A stretch of 64,000 bases of DNA from Klebsormidium nitens (Eukaryota > Plantae > Klebsormidiophyceae): the NCBI GenBank assembly GCA_000708835.1, contig DF237051.1:1-64000 (forward strand). The letters are read 5' to 3'. Every line of letters starts with the position of its first letter. Positions within the stretch are counted from its first letter, which is position 1. Positions 50,754 to 62,300 of the stretch are shown here, piece after piece. The notes below the pieces were generated by a model. It was not told where the DNA came from. It did no database searches and saw only the letters and a program-made list of their open reading frames with translations. Both the position numbers and the translations under genes were made by a program.

Positions 50754-50825
50754 ATCAGAGTGGCGCAGCGGAAGCGTGGTGGGCCCATAACCCACAGGTC
50801 GAAGGATCGAAATCTTCCTCTGATA
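50754..50825 (+). tRNA. tRNA-iMet: Initiator tRNA-Met (CAT), plant-type body with variant T-stem
   Basis: ATCAGAG/CTCTGAT acceptor (A1:U72), TGGCGCAGCGG A-box, GTGGG-CCCATAA-CCCAC anticodon arm, T-loop ATCGAAA (A54, A60); 72 nt. Confidence 0.95.
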
Positions 50826-50851
50826 AGTTGTTGTGAGCATCCCAGGCACTC

Positions 50852-50856
50852 TTTTT
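50852..50856 (+). terminator. Probable Pol III terminator (T5) of tRNA-iMet
   Basis: First run of more than three T downstream of the tRNA, 27 nt after its end. Confidence 0.5.
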
Positions 50857-51051
50857 GCATTACTATCTTTTCATCCTAGGTGACGTCACCAATATTTTGC
50901 CTGTGACTTGCCGCTGCTGCACGGTCATTGAAGCTACCGCACTTTACTGGAGTGGTCATGTAACGGTGACGTCACCAGCAACGTTTCACAAATGTGACGA
51001 TCCTAACGTAAGTTTGGCTTGTTTATACTTTAGAAAGCAGTGTCTCCTAGC

Positions 51052-51157
51052 GTCGGCGAAGCAATCTCTCAAAGAGCTACATAGTAGCGCGAGACTGAAG
51101 GGCCGCGGCGGGCCCCAGGTCACATGAAGTACGTCGGTTCGAAACCGGCCGCCGACG
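51052..51157 (+). ncRNA. tRNA-like element 1 (tRNA-Leu(CAG)-derived pseudogene, SINE head or novel Pol III RNA)
   Basis: GTCGGCG/CGCCGAC closing stem, T-arm GTCGG-TTCGAAA-CCGGC (intact B-box), internal hairpins, T7 run at 51167-51173. No canonical D-loop GG or anticodon stem. Confidence 0.5.
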
Positions 51158-51924
51158 ACTGCTCCATTTTTTTGGCCCAACTGTTGCGTTGCGTTTTTGC
51201 CCCTTGATTGTTGTGCAAAGTCATAAGAACCCCCTTTTGTACGTCATGAATGCCGCGTCCGTGTGCGTCGGGACTTCCGCATTCCGCCTAATATTCATAA
51301 AGCAAAAACAGCATCTTGCAGCGCCAGCGCTCATCGAGAAATCGTGGGTTCAGAAAACGAGGGGTTCATAAGCACTGTACGTCATGAACTTTGCTTTAAT
51401 GCACAGCTCGATCGTGCAGTGGCGCAGTTCAAGGAATAACGAGATTCGCTCTCTTCAACCATGAAAGGAATCCTTGTCGAAGAGAGCAAATCTCTTTCAT
51501 GAACTCTGAATACATCATGCCCCTGTCATCGTGCTCGGTTCAACCAACTATTAAGAGAGTCATCTGATCATCAATTCACGGTCCGCAACGGTCCGCTTGG
51601 CGGATGGCCTGCTCACCAAGTTTTCAGCCGCCAAAAGATCTTATATGTTTGTGAAGACCATCTTCGAACGTGTCTGCAATCTCAATTGTCAGATATCTGG
51701 ACGCCTAGCTTATAGGTCGAACTACATAAGGGGATCGTAGTGTTACTGAACTCCTGTTCGAAAGGGTCCTTCAAAAGCCCTTCTCCAACAATTGGCAGAT
51801 CCACGAGCGACCAAATTGTGGCTCGTACGACCGTATTGACGTCTTTAACACCGGAACGGTTAGTAGTACGTCACCCATGGAGCCACTGGATTGATAGAGA
51901 GATTTTAGAAAGCCCCTCGCTCCC

Positions 51925-52011
51925 ATCAGTGTAGCAATCACCCAAAATGTCAAAGTGACGTCTCAGGTACCCGCCCGGTTATCTTCGTCGGTTCAAAGCC
52001 GGCCGCTGACA
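51925..52011 (+). ncRNA. tRNA-like element 2, paralogue of 51052-51157
   Basis: ATCAGTG/CGCTGAC stem, TAGCAATC after the stem, CTCAGGT loop-like segment, T-arm GTCGG-TTCAAAG-CCGGC, discriminator A. Shares upstream TTTAGAAAGC with copy 1. Confidence 0.45.
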
Positions 52012-53319
52012 TCTTTTCTTGTTCTCAGCAACTTTTAGCAACTTCTAAACTTTAGAGAGAGAATTTTTAGCACGGCTGTCTTCGTTGTCACTGGGTTTCC
52101 TACTTCATAATAGAAAGTTGTGTCGTCAGTCCTAATAGTAAGTTCCCAGCCTAGGGGGGCGAGCCTGCAAGGCACTTCAAGCAGTGAAAATCTGTAACGA
52201 AGAAAGTTCATGCTTCTATATATGCAAGAACATTGGTCTGGTGCGATTTTCTGAACGCCCGTCGAACGCTTTCGAATCTAGTGGAAAAAGTGCGTTACCC
52301 TTTGATCCCCCTCTCCAAGGAAAAAGCACGTCTGTTGAGTCGTCCCGAGAAAAGCGGGGAGAAAGATTGAAAACTGCGCTGTTGAGCCCTGCAATATATA
52401 TAGAAAAGTAGGAGAAAAGTTTCGATCGCTTCACAAGCAGCCGGCCGAAGGTGACGGCGTGATGTCATGCCATGGCTGCGCCATGGCCGCCGCCACTCCA
52501 GGTCCCACTCCAGCCTGAACCGCGTGCCGGCAGGGCGGCAGCGAGCTCAAATAAAGCCATTGGTACTACTTTAGTCACTGATTTACTGAGTTATAAGACC
52601 AGCGGAAGGGCCCGGCCCGGCCGGCCGGGGCCGGCGGCGGCCTGGCCGCGGCCGCGCCCCCTTCTACCGACGCCGTCGAGCTCCGCCGTTCAGGGAACCT
52701 GAGCCGTTAGATCCTCGGTTCCTCCTCGCATCCAATGGCTGAACTTTGCAACATGACTCAATTTGCGCACCCAGTTTGCGTATCAAGCCGGTTCCATCGG
52801 GTCAAGTGGTCAGGTTTGGAAGGAGCGATCGTGGTTTTGACGGCGTCACATTGCGGTGACCATTTCCAACCGTATTCTGTCCGCGTCTCAGAAGACGGTG
52901 CGATCCCGTCAGCTATCATCCTGGTTTGTATAACCCTCCTACTTAACTCCAAAATCGGGTTAGAAGGACGTGCTCAGGAGCCAGGCTCATGAGTCCCTCA
53001 GGCTCAAGAGTCAAGACTCGAGACGAGGCGATTCGGATTGGGAAGGCGGTTTGCAGCAGGACGGTCCAGCAGGACGCAACATGGCGGATCACCAGGGCAG
53101 ACAACAGAAGATATGAGCAAAGTCATCATGTCAGACCACAGCCAAGCATCAATGCATTAGAACCATTCTGCTTCAACATCACAAAAATTGGAGGAACCTG
53201 GTTTGAGAAGCACGGTCAGCAAGGAGCTGGGGCGCCTGACTCGTCTCATACGCGCAGGAGAATCACGGTTACAATTGAGTAGGTTTCCGTAACGTTGGTG
53301 GTAAAGTCGAGCTTCCGTC

Positions 53320-56300
53320 ATGGCCAGCGGGGGTGGTGCTGAGGCGTATGCCCGGTACAAGCAGTATGAGTACAAGGCCAACTCCAGTCTGGTCTTGACG
53401 ACTGACACGCGCCCCAGGGACAGCCATGAACCGTCCGGAGAGCCGGAGACGCTGTGGGGAAAGATTGATCCCAAGAGCTTCGGCAGCAGGGTGCAGCGGG
53501 ACGTTCCGGTTGAGCTCAAGGAAAAGAAGGAGAAGGCGCAGAAGAAGAGGGAGGCGAGGGAGAGGGAAGGTGAGGCTCTTTTTTTCGCGTGATTTCATGG
53601 TTGGAGCACGATGGATGGGGTCCCGTGCATGTAGTTTTGGGGGCTTTTCTTTCATTTCATGTTTCGATGCTGGCCTGCCTGCTGGTGCGTTTGTGAGCAA
53701 AAGTATCAAAGTATTTGCGAGCGCCCTCACATGTCCGTTCATGGATAATGTTGTTGTTTGCGCAACTGGCGCCACAAATTGTTGTCTTCCCAGTATGAGT
53801 TTTTGGGCCGCCGACAAATGAATTGGCAAACAGTGCAGTTGTCGGCTTCGGCTTCCATCTGCTTCTCTGGAGGGCCTTCCATGTTCCTGACAGCAAGCAC
53901 CTGCAACCGCTTCTCATTTTCTCGCAGTGGAACATGCCTTTCAATCAGGACCATTACCAAGTCGCTTGCTTGTCTGGGAGCATTGATGAATGTTACTTTT
54001 CTTTTGGAAAGCAGTTTACAAGGTAAATTATCAGTGCTTGCAACCGAGGAGCCATCATGATTGCAAGGGGCCAACCCGAATTAATCCGTACGATTAGGGT
54101 TTGTTACAAGTGCTTGCTTGGCTTACCGGCGTGAATATTGAGTTTCTTAAGAGTCATGTGAGGAGACTTTGAACACCTAGAATTGCCAGTAAGTCGTGAG
54201 GATACAAAGCAGGCCTTATGCTTAGAAGTTTTAATTTCTGCATGAGCTGTATCCATCTCAGATCGGGCCATGGATTCCTGGATCAGCCTGGATTTCTGAT
54301 GCGACATTCCAAGTGAATGACTGATTTCATCACCGACATTTTTGATGCGACACTCCCTGCCGTCACTCAACTTTTTTTCTGCAGCGATTGAGTCTCAAAA
54401 CTGCTGGAAAGGTGTAGTAAAAACAAGCAATTGCGTACGGATGCCGCCTTATGGTGCTGACTCTGTCATTCCTCTGCAGGCATGCTCGAGGAGGTCGCCC
54501 GCAAGAAGCGTCGCAGCAACGACTTTGACAGCCTGCTCGCGGCCGCAGATGACGCCATGTACCGTCCAAAAACCAAGGACACCCGCCTTGCGTATGAAAA
54601 ACTCCTTGCGGCCATCCAATCACAGTTTGGCGACCAGCCAAACGACATTCTCCGGGGGGCTGCCGATGAGGTGCTCGCAGTGCTGAAAACTGACCGGTTC
54701 CGAGACCCCGAGAAGAAGCAAGAAATTGAGAAGCTGCTGAATCCGAAGGGGATGCCCTCGGAGAAGTTTGCGGAGCTGATGGCGATCGGGAAGGAGATTA
54801 CGGATTACCAGGAGGCGCCAGAGGAGGTCACGCCGGGGGAGGACGGGTTGGATGACGATATTGGGGTGGCCGTCGAGTTTGAGGACGAGGACGAGGAAGA
54901 GGAGAGCGACCTGGATGAGGTGAGAGGCACTGAGATTTATCAGAATGCTTCAGGTCTGGCCCCCTTCTAGATTTGGTTATTGTGCGGAAGTTGATGGTCA
55001 ACAAATGGGAGAAGCATTCTTGCTTTACATAAGTACAGTGTATGTCCTTTCTATTGGATCAACGGAGGTGGGCGAGTGGTGGTTTTGAGATTGGGGAGGC
55101 GCTGTAACAACTAGGCGGACTTAAAAACAGAATCCGTCAGAGTTGCTACAGAGTTCAGTCCAGCCGTGTCGATGCTCACGAGAGTTGGAGAACACGCCTT
55201 TGCGTGAAGCCTTGTGGGCAACTCTAGAGTGTTGGCAAGCTGGTGGTCGAGTTCCGGACATGCTTGACAGGTTTCGTTGTGAGGGTGGAAGTTGCAGTAT
55301 AAGATCTTTACTTGCTCGAGTGTCTGTTTGGTGGATATGTCTGCTGTCATGCGCCTCTTTGGAAGAAACCTAGGCTTTCCTCGTTGACAGTTTCCGCAAG
55401 CAACTACCAGTTGCTGCGGACTTTCAAAAGTTCGAGTAAGTGGGGGACCCAATGCAGAGAAAGCGGGTGAGAAAGACTAGGTGGTTTTCTGATCCCACTT
55501 TATCAATGTCAGTGTAGAATCTGATGATTCATGCCCTTATAAAGAAGCTAAACAAAGATCAACAAAACAAAGACGCTCCTCGCTGCAGGTCCAAGAAGAA
55601 GACGAGGACGACGAGGAAGGACAGGACACGGGGCTGGGCACCGGGGTCAACCTCGGCGACGACGAGGAAGAAGCGGGGGGCGAGAGCGAGGTTGTCAAGG
55701 TGCAGGACATCGACGCCTACTGGCTGCAGCGGCAGGTGGCGCAGGCGTTTGGGGAGATCGACCCCCAGCAGGCGCAGAAACTAGCAGAGGAAGTATTGGC
55801 GACGCTTGAGGGGGACGACGAGCGGGACATTGAGAACCGGCTCGTGATTCTGCTGGATTACGATAAGTTTGATCTGATCAAGAAGCTGATGGGGAACCGG
55901 TTGCGGGTGGTCTGGTGCACGCGGTTGGCGAGGGCGAAGGACGACGAGGAGCGGAAGGGGATCGAGGCGCAGATGACGGCGGACGAAACGTTGGCCGGGA
56001 TCGTGGACCAGATCCACGCCACGCGGACGTCCGCAAAGAAGCGCCAGGAGAACCTCGAGAAGACGATCAAGGACGAGGCGCGGCGGCTGCGCAAGGGCAC
56101 GGTGGAAGAAGATATGATGGAAGAGGACGGGCTCGAGGGGCCGCAGAAGCGGGGCGGGAGGAAAGAAGAGGGAAGCCAAGAGGGTTGGGCCAAGGGCCAG
56201 CGGCAGCTGCTGGAACTCGACTCTCTAGCGTTCCAGCAGGGCGCGCACCTGATGGCCAACAAGCGGTGCGAGCTGCCCGCCGGGAGCTACCGCACGCAGA

Positions 56301-59300
56301 AGAAGGGCTACGAGGAGGTGCACGTGCCCGCTCTGAAGCCGAAGCCGTTCGGCGACAACGAGGAGCTGGTGAAGATCGAGGCGATGCCCGAGTGGGCGCA
56401 GCCCGCGTTCCAGGGCATGAAGTCGCTCAACCGGGTGCAGAGCCGCGTGTACGACGCGGCGCTGTTCAGCGCGCGCAATCTGCTGCTCTGCGCGCCGACG
56501 GGCGCCGGGAAGACGAACGTCGCGCTGCTGACGATGCTGCACACGATCGAGCTCCACGGGCGGCGCGGCCGTACCGACGGCACGGTGGACACAAGCGCGT
56601 TCAAGATCGTGTATGTCGCGCCAATGAAGGCGCTGGTGGCGGAGATGGTGGGCAACTTCTCGGAGCGGCTCAAGCCGTACGGTGTGAACGTGCGCGAGCT
56701 GACGGGGGACCAGAGCCTGACCAAGGGCCAAATCGACGACACCCAGGTGAGCGTTCTTGCCTTTCCTAGGGGTATACGGGCACGGCGGCTTTTCCTGCTT
56801 TCCCCACGTGGCCGTTCTCTGAAGGCCAACTCTTCCAACTACCCGCTATCCTCCCCCGAGCGTCGTTTTGTACGAGTCGAAACTGAAGACGTCTCTCGAA
56901 GCCTTTCGTTCAACTCGTTTCCGATTGCTCTAGTAATCGACATCGCCTTCACCGGGTCACGTGATGACACTCAGAAGTTCAAGATCAGCACTTGCAGTCT
57001 GGGTACTGGTCAATGATTCCTTAGACCTCAACTTCGAACGCTTAGTGAGCGGGATCCTAAATCCGGTATGCTCCCCGCAGGTCATTGTGACGACGCCCGA
57101 GAAGTGGGACATCATCACCCGCAAGTCGGGCGACCGGGCGTACACGCAGCTCGTCAAACTAGTTATCATCGACGAGATCCACTTGCTGCACGACAACCGC
57201 GGGCCCGTCCTCGAGAGCATCGTCGCGCGCACCGTGCGCCAGATGGAAACCACGCAGGAGGCGATTCGCCTCGTCGGCCTTTCCGCGACGCTCCCCAACT
57301 ACGAGGACGTGGCGACGTTCCTGCGCGTCGATCTGGACAACGGGCTATTCTACTTTGACAACAGCTACCGGCCGTGCCCGCTCGCGCAGCAGTACATCGG
57401 GGTCACGGTGCGCAAGCCGCTGCAGCGTTTCCAGCTCATGAACGACATCTGCTACGAGAAGGTGCTCGCGTCTGCCGGGAAGCACCAGGTGAGGGTTCTG
57501 GTTGACGTAATTCTGTGGTTCGGAACTGGGAAGTGTGGAGCTGCATTGGTTGGACTCGCATGGTGAAACGTAAATGTCCTGGGCTTCATGAAAGGACTTG
57601 GGAGATTACAGAGTACAGTCGCTTGGAGTGCCTGTTCGGAGAAGGAGTAGTTAGTGGCAGGTACTTTCTTCGTGAAGCGGCAGGATCATACAGCAGTGTC
57701 TAGTACAGATTGTTTTAGATACCCTCTTATTGATTGGCAAGATATCAAATGCAATCTTATTCTGGCCCTTGTATTCGCCCCCTTTTCGTGCACTCACGTG
57801 AGGAGACAGGCCGGAGGACTCACGGCAGTTTGCAACATATAGTTCCCAGCCCAGATATTGAAAGTCTTATCTTTTCATCTGCCAGGTGCTCATCTTCGTG
57901 CACTCGCGCAAGGAGACCGGCAAAACCGCCAAGGCGATCCGCGACACGGCCCTCAGCAACGACACGCTTGGGAAGTTCCTCAAGGACGATTCCGCCAGCC
58001 GCGAGATCCTGGCAGCGGAAGCGGAGAACGTCAAGTACAACGATCTGAAGGACCTGCTGCCTTACGGGTTTGCGTGCCACCACGCCGGGATGACGCGCGC
58101 CGACCGGACGCTCGTCGAGGACTTATTTGCGGACGGGCATATCCAGGTACGTCCGAGGCGTCTGGGGCTTTGGTAGCGCGAGATCTTTGTCCTTTTCTTA
58201 TATGATTTTGGAACCTGAGCTGACAAGTGATGGGTGAATTAGCGAGGAAACGGCCGGATGGAGAAGGACCGACCGGGTTGCAATTGGGTTATCTTTCTGC
58301 AGAAGGAACTGGGCTTTTGCATAAGCAAGGATCTGCGGGGGCAGGATGCGCCAAGCCTAACAGCAGCTCTTCAAGGAAAAAAGAGCAGGACGGGTGGATT
58401 TGCTTGCGCTTTCAGAGTTTGTTATGACCTGGTCACCTCGTCTGCTGTAGTTTCCTTGTTAGTTTCTGCTTTTCTGTCTCTTTGCGGTGGCCGGTTACTC
58501 CTCTTGTCGATTGCTTCATGCTGTCGTTAACGCCATTCTAGATGTTCAGGTCCGGCCATCGTTCTGACGTGGGTTCCTCTTGGGCACACTTACTGTGTTC
58601 CGGTCCATTCTCTAATGAGCTTCCCTGGTCAGACGCTCCGCTTGACACTACTTTCCATTTTTCAGGTGCTGGTGTCGACTGCCACCCTGGCGTGGGGTGT
58701 CAACCTGCCCGCCCACACGGTCATCATCAAGGGCACCCAGATCTACAACCCCGAGAAGGGCGCCTGGACCGAGCTCAGCCCGCTGGACATCATGCAGGTG
58801 GGTAGTAACCCTTTCCCGGGTTCTGTGTTTGGATTGCCCTTCTTCCGACCATCTTCCTCGCTTTTCCTTGAGTATCCCCTTTGTGCGCATCTGTAAGCTT
58901 CTTGTGGGCCTCGCTTTCTCCTGTTCTAGATGCTTATCTATTCTTATTGCTACCAACTTTGCTCACCTATCTATTATTGGCTTCTTTCGCTCCTGTTTGA
59001 GACCTGCATGGTGCTAAGGAGCTCCGCAGCAATGACAATCCGACTTCGGGATTCTTGCCAGACGTATTTATGCCTCTAATGTTGGTGTTGTTATTCTTCT
59101 TCTCCTCCCAGATGGCTGTGGAAGCGACTTCTCGACGAAACCATTTACAGTCAATCTTTGTTTCTGCATCCGTGTCGGTGTCAGACAATCGACTTGCTAA
59201 CTGTCTCTAACCCCCACTATTGTCCCCTGCAGATGTTTGGCCGTGCGGGCCGCCCCCAGTTCGACACCTACGGCGAGGGCATCATCATCACCGGGCACTC

Positions 59301-62300
59301 GGAGCTCCAGTACTACCTCTCCCTCATGAACCAGCAGCTCCCCATTGAGAGCCAGTACATCGCAAAGCTCGCCGACAACCTGAACGCGGAGATCGTTCTC
59401 GGGACGGTGCAAACCGCGCGGGAGGCGTGCACGTGGCTGGGTTACACGTACCTGTACATTCGGATGCTGCGGAACCCGATGCTGTACGGGGTGGGAATAG
59501 GCGCCTTGGAGGACGACCCGCTGCTGGAGGAGCGGCGCGCGGACCTTATTCACACCGCGGCGACCCTGCTGAACAGCACGAACCTGATAAAGTACGACCG
59601 AAAGTCGGGCTCGTTCCAGGTGAGTTGGTGCCTCGCGGTTTCCTCCTTTTGCGGATTTGGCGGGCCCCCTGAGGAACAGGTGCTCACCATGATCCGTTTT
59701 GGATCAGCTTTTTGTTGTCACTGATTCCGAGGAGCGCCAAAATGAGTGCAGCCATGCAGGGCGTGGCCCTTTCTTGAAGTCCTCGGTTTAGGTGTATTTT
59801 TCTGGGTCGTGAGTAAGGGGCCACACATGAATAGGTGTTTACCACAAGGCAGTTGTCGTTTTTGTTTGAATCTGCAAGAATCGACATGGGCGCATTGGGC
59901 TATTGGTTTCAGAAGCAACATCACATGGCATTAACGGCTTTACTCGTGTTCCCTAACATTCAGACGACTCTAGTCACCAGTGCTTTCTTTCGCCCTGCCC
60001 CGTTTGGACCTGAGCCGCAGTACGAGGGAAACTCAGTTAGCCACGGCATGATTGCAACACGTCCATTGCAGAAGAGGATTTCATCAGTCATTGCAACTCA
60101 TACTGGAAGTAACAACCTCGCTAAATTGGTTCTTAACCCCGCAGGTGACCGACCTGGGCCGCATTGCAAGCCACTACTACATTACGCACGGTACGATTGC
60201 GACGTACAACGAGCACCTGAAGCCGACAATGGGCGACATTGAGCTGTGCCGGCTGTTCAGCCTGAGCGAGGAGTTCAAGTACGTGGCGGTGCGCGAGGAG
60301 GAGAAGCAGGAGCTGGTTAAGTTGCTCGAGCGGGTGCCGATTCCGGTCAAGGAAACCATGGAGGAGCCCAGCGCTAAGGTGAGAGTTCACCTTAGCGTTC
60401 TTGTTCGGTTTGGGATGTAAGGTTTTAGGTGAGGGAGTCGATGTGAGAATTGAGATCAGAAGCTGGTCAAATTGGTGGAGCCCTCTCCCGTCCCGGTTAA
60501 GGGATACTATTCGGGAGCCCAGTGCCAAGTTGAACCGGAGCTGGTTAAGCTGTTTGAAAAGTCCGGTTTTGACCAGTTCGAGCAAACCTGAATATGATTG
60601 AGGGCTTTGAAGGTATGCTTCGTTCCTCAAACTGAAGTTTGTTGCTCATCTTCGTTGCTCCCCTCCGTTCAGTCTGCTTATAGCAATAGTTTTCAATGCC
60701 ATCTTCCAACTTTTCTCCATTCCGCCTGTTTCCGGGCTGCCAGCTCCAAGACGATGGCTGCTTTCAGCTAATTGTTTGCAAGGACTATTCCAACCCATAA
60801 CCGAACCCCGCTTTGTTGCAGATCAACGTCCTGCTCCAGGCCTACATCAGCCAGCTCAAGCTGGAGGGCCTCTCCCTAACCTCCGACATGGTCTTCGTAA
60901 CCCAGTCCGCGGGGCGCCTGCTCCGCGCCATCTTCGAGATCGTGCTCAAGCGCGGGTGGGCGCAGCTCACGGAAAAGGCGCTCAACCTGTGCAAAATGGT
61001 TAATCGCCGCATGTGGGGCAGCCAGACGCCGCTGCGCCAGTTCACGGGGATCCCCCGAGATTTGCTGCAGCGCGTGGAGAAGAAGGAGCTCGCGTGGGAA
61101 CGGTACTACGACCTGACCAGCCAGGAGATTGGCGAGCTCATCAGGTGAGCACTGGGGGAAGATTACTTCAGGAGTCGCTTCTCTGCTGAAGAGAACCTCA
61201 AGTGCTCTGGTCTGTCATTCGATACTTCTCCAAATGCAGGTGCGTCTGAAAGGCAGTTTTATCCGCTTTACGTCCTTTGGAAGGACGCCGTCTCACCGAC
61301 CTGGATCATGCAATTGGATGGGTACCTTTTGAGATGGTCATTCCCCAGGTTCTTTACTAGGCTAGGCTCCTGCTGGAGGTTCAGTTTACCGCTTGTTTAT
61401 TGGTAGAGAACAGCTGTAAGAAGACGGAACTTCGTCTGATCCGTGTGCTTTTATTGACGCTGTTTACATCATCTTCTTCTGCCCACCTTTGCTCCAAGAG
61501 CTACCGGTCTCCTCCTTCAAAGTTCAGCGCTTTGGTACCTTGGAAACACCCGAAACCCCGAATCCTCTCCTATTCTCAGGTTTCTGAGGCGGGCAAGACC
61601 TTCCAAAGCTGCAGCCATTGAGACACCTCTTCGGAGCCTGCACTTTCAGAAGATTAGGAACCTTGAAGCTACTTCAGAAAGTTTGAGCCTCTGCTTTCTG
61701 CTCCCCAGGTTTCCCAAGATGGGTAAGACTGTGCACCGGTATATCCACCTGTTCCCGAAGCTGGAGCCGGCGGCCATGTTGTTGGTCTTTTTAAAGACAA
61801 TCTCTTGAGCACTTTCTTCTTGACCCTTCACACTTTCATACCAGCATTGTAACCATTTTCTCCCGTCATCCTCCCAGGTTTCCGAAAATGGGCAAGACGG
61901 TGCACCGGTACATCCACCTGTTCCCGAAGCTGGAGCTGGCAGCCGCTGTGCAGCCCATCACGCGCAGCGTGCTCCGTGTGGACCTGACGATCACGCCCGA
62001 CTTCATGTGGGACGAGAAGGTGCACGGGTTCGTGGAGCCGTTCTGGATCATCGTCGAGGACAACGACGGGGAGAGCATCCTGCACCATGAGTACTTCCTC
62101 CTACGCGCAGTAAGCAACGTGCCCGTCTTGTTTGAACTTGCTGGTTTGTGGAGGTTGTGTGCTTACCTTTCTTGTTGTCCCCTTTTACTTCGAAACGAAC
62201 CGGTTCTGGACTTTTGTCGAGGATAACGAGGGGGAGAGCATCCTGCACCATGAGCACTTTCTGCTACGGGCTGTCCGCAGCTTTTCGGTATTTTTCCATC

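Noticed and set aside
51051-51157. tRNA-Sec interpretation (8-bp closing stem plus 5-bp T-stem; TCA nearby)
   Set aside because: The TCA lies in the D-arm position, not in an anticodon loop, and eukaryotic tRNA-Sec is 9/4.
51222-51390. Weak inverted ends GAACCCC/GGGGTTC with repeated TGTACGTCATGAA
   Set aside because: Too short to call a MITE without further copies.
53506-53522. 17-bp identity between BRR2 exon 1 and the 64-bp repeat (63749-63765)
   Set aside because: One such match is plausible by chance in 64 kb; it does not extend.
55781-56838. Several 130-280-aa overlapping ORFs
   Set aside because: Alternative-frame and antisense shadows of the GC-rich BRR2 exon 3.
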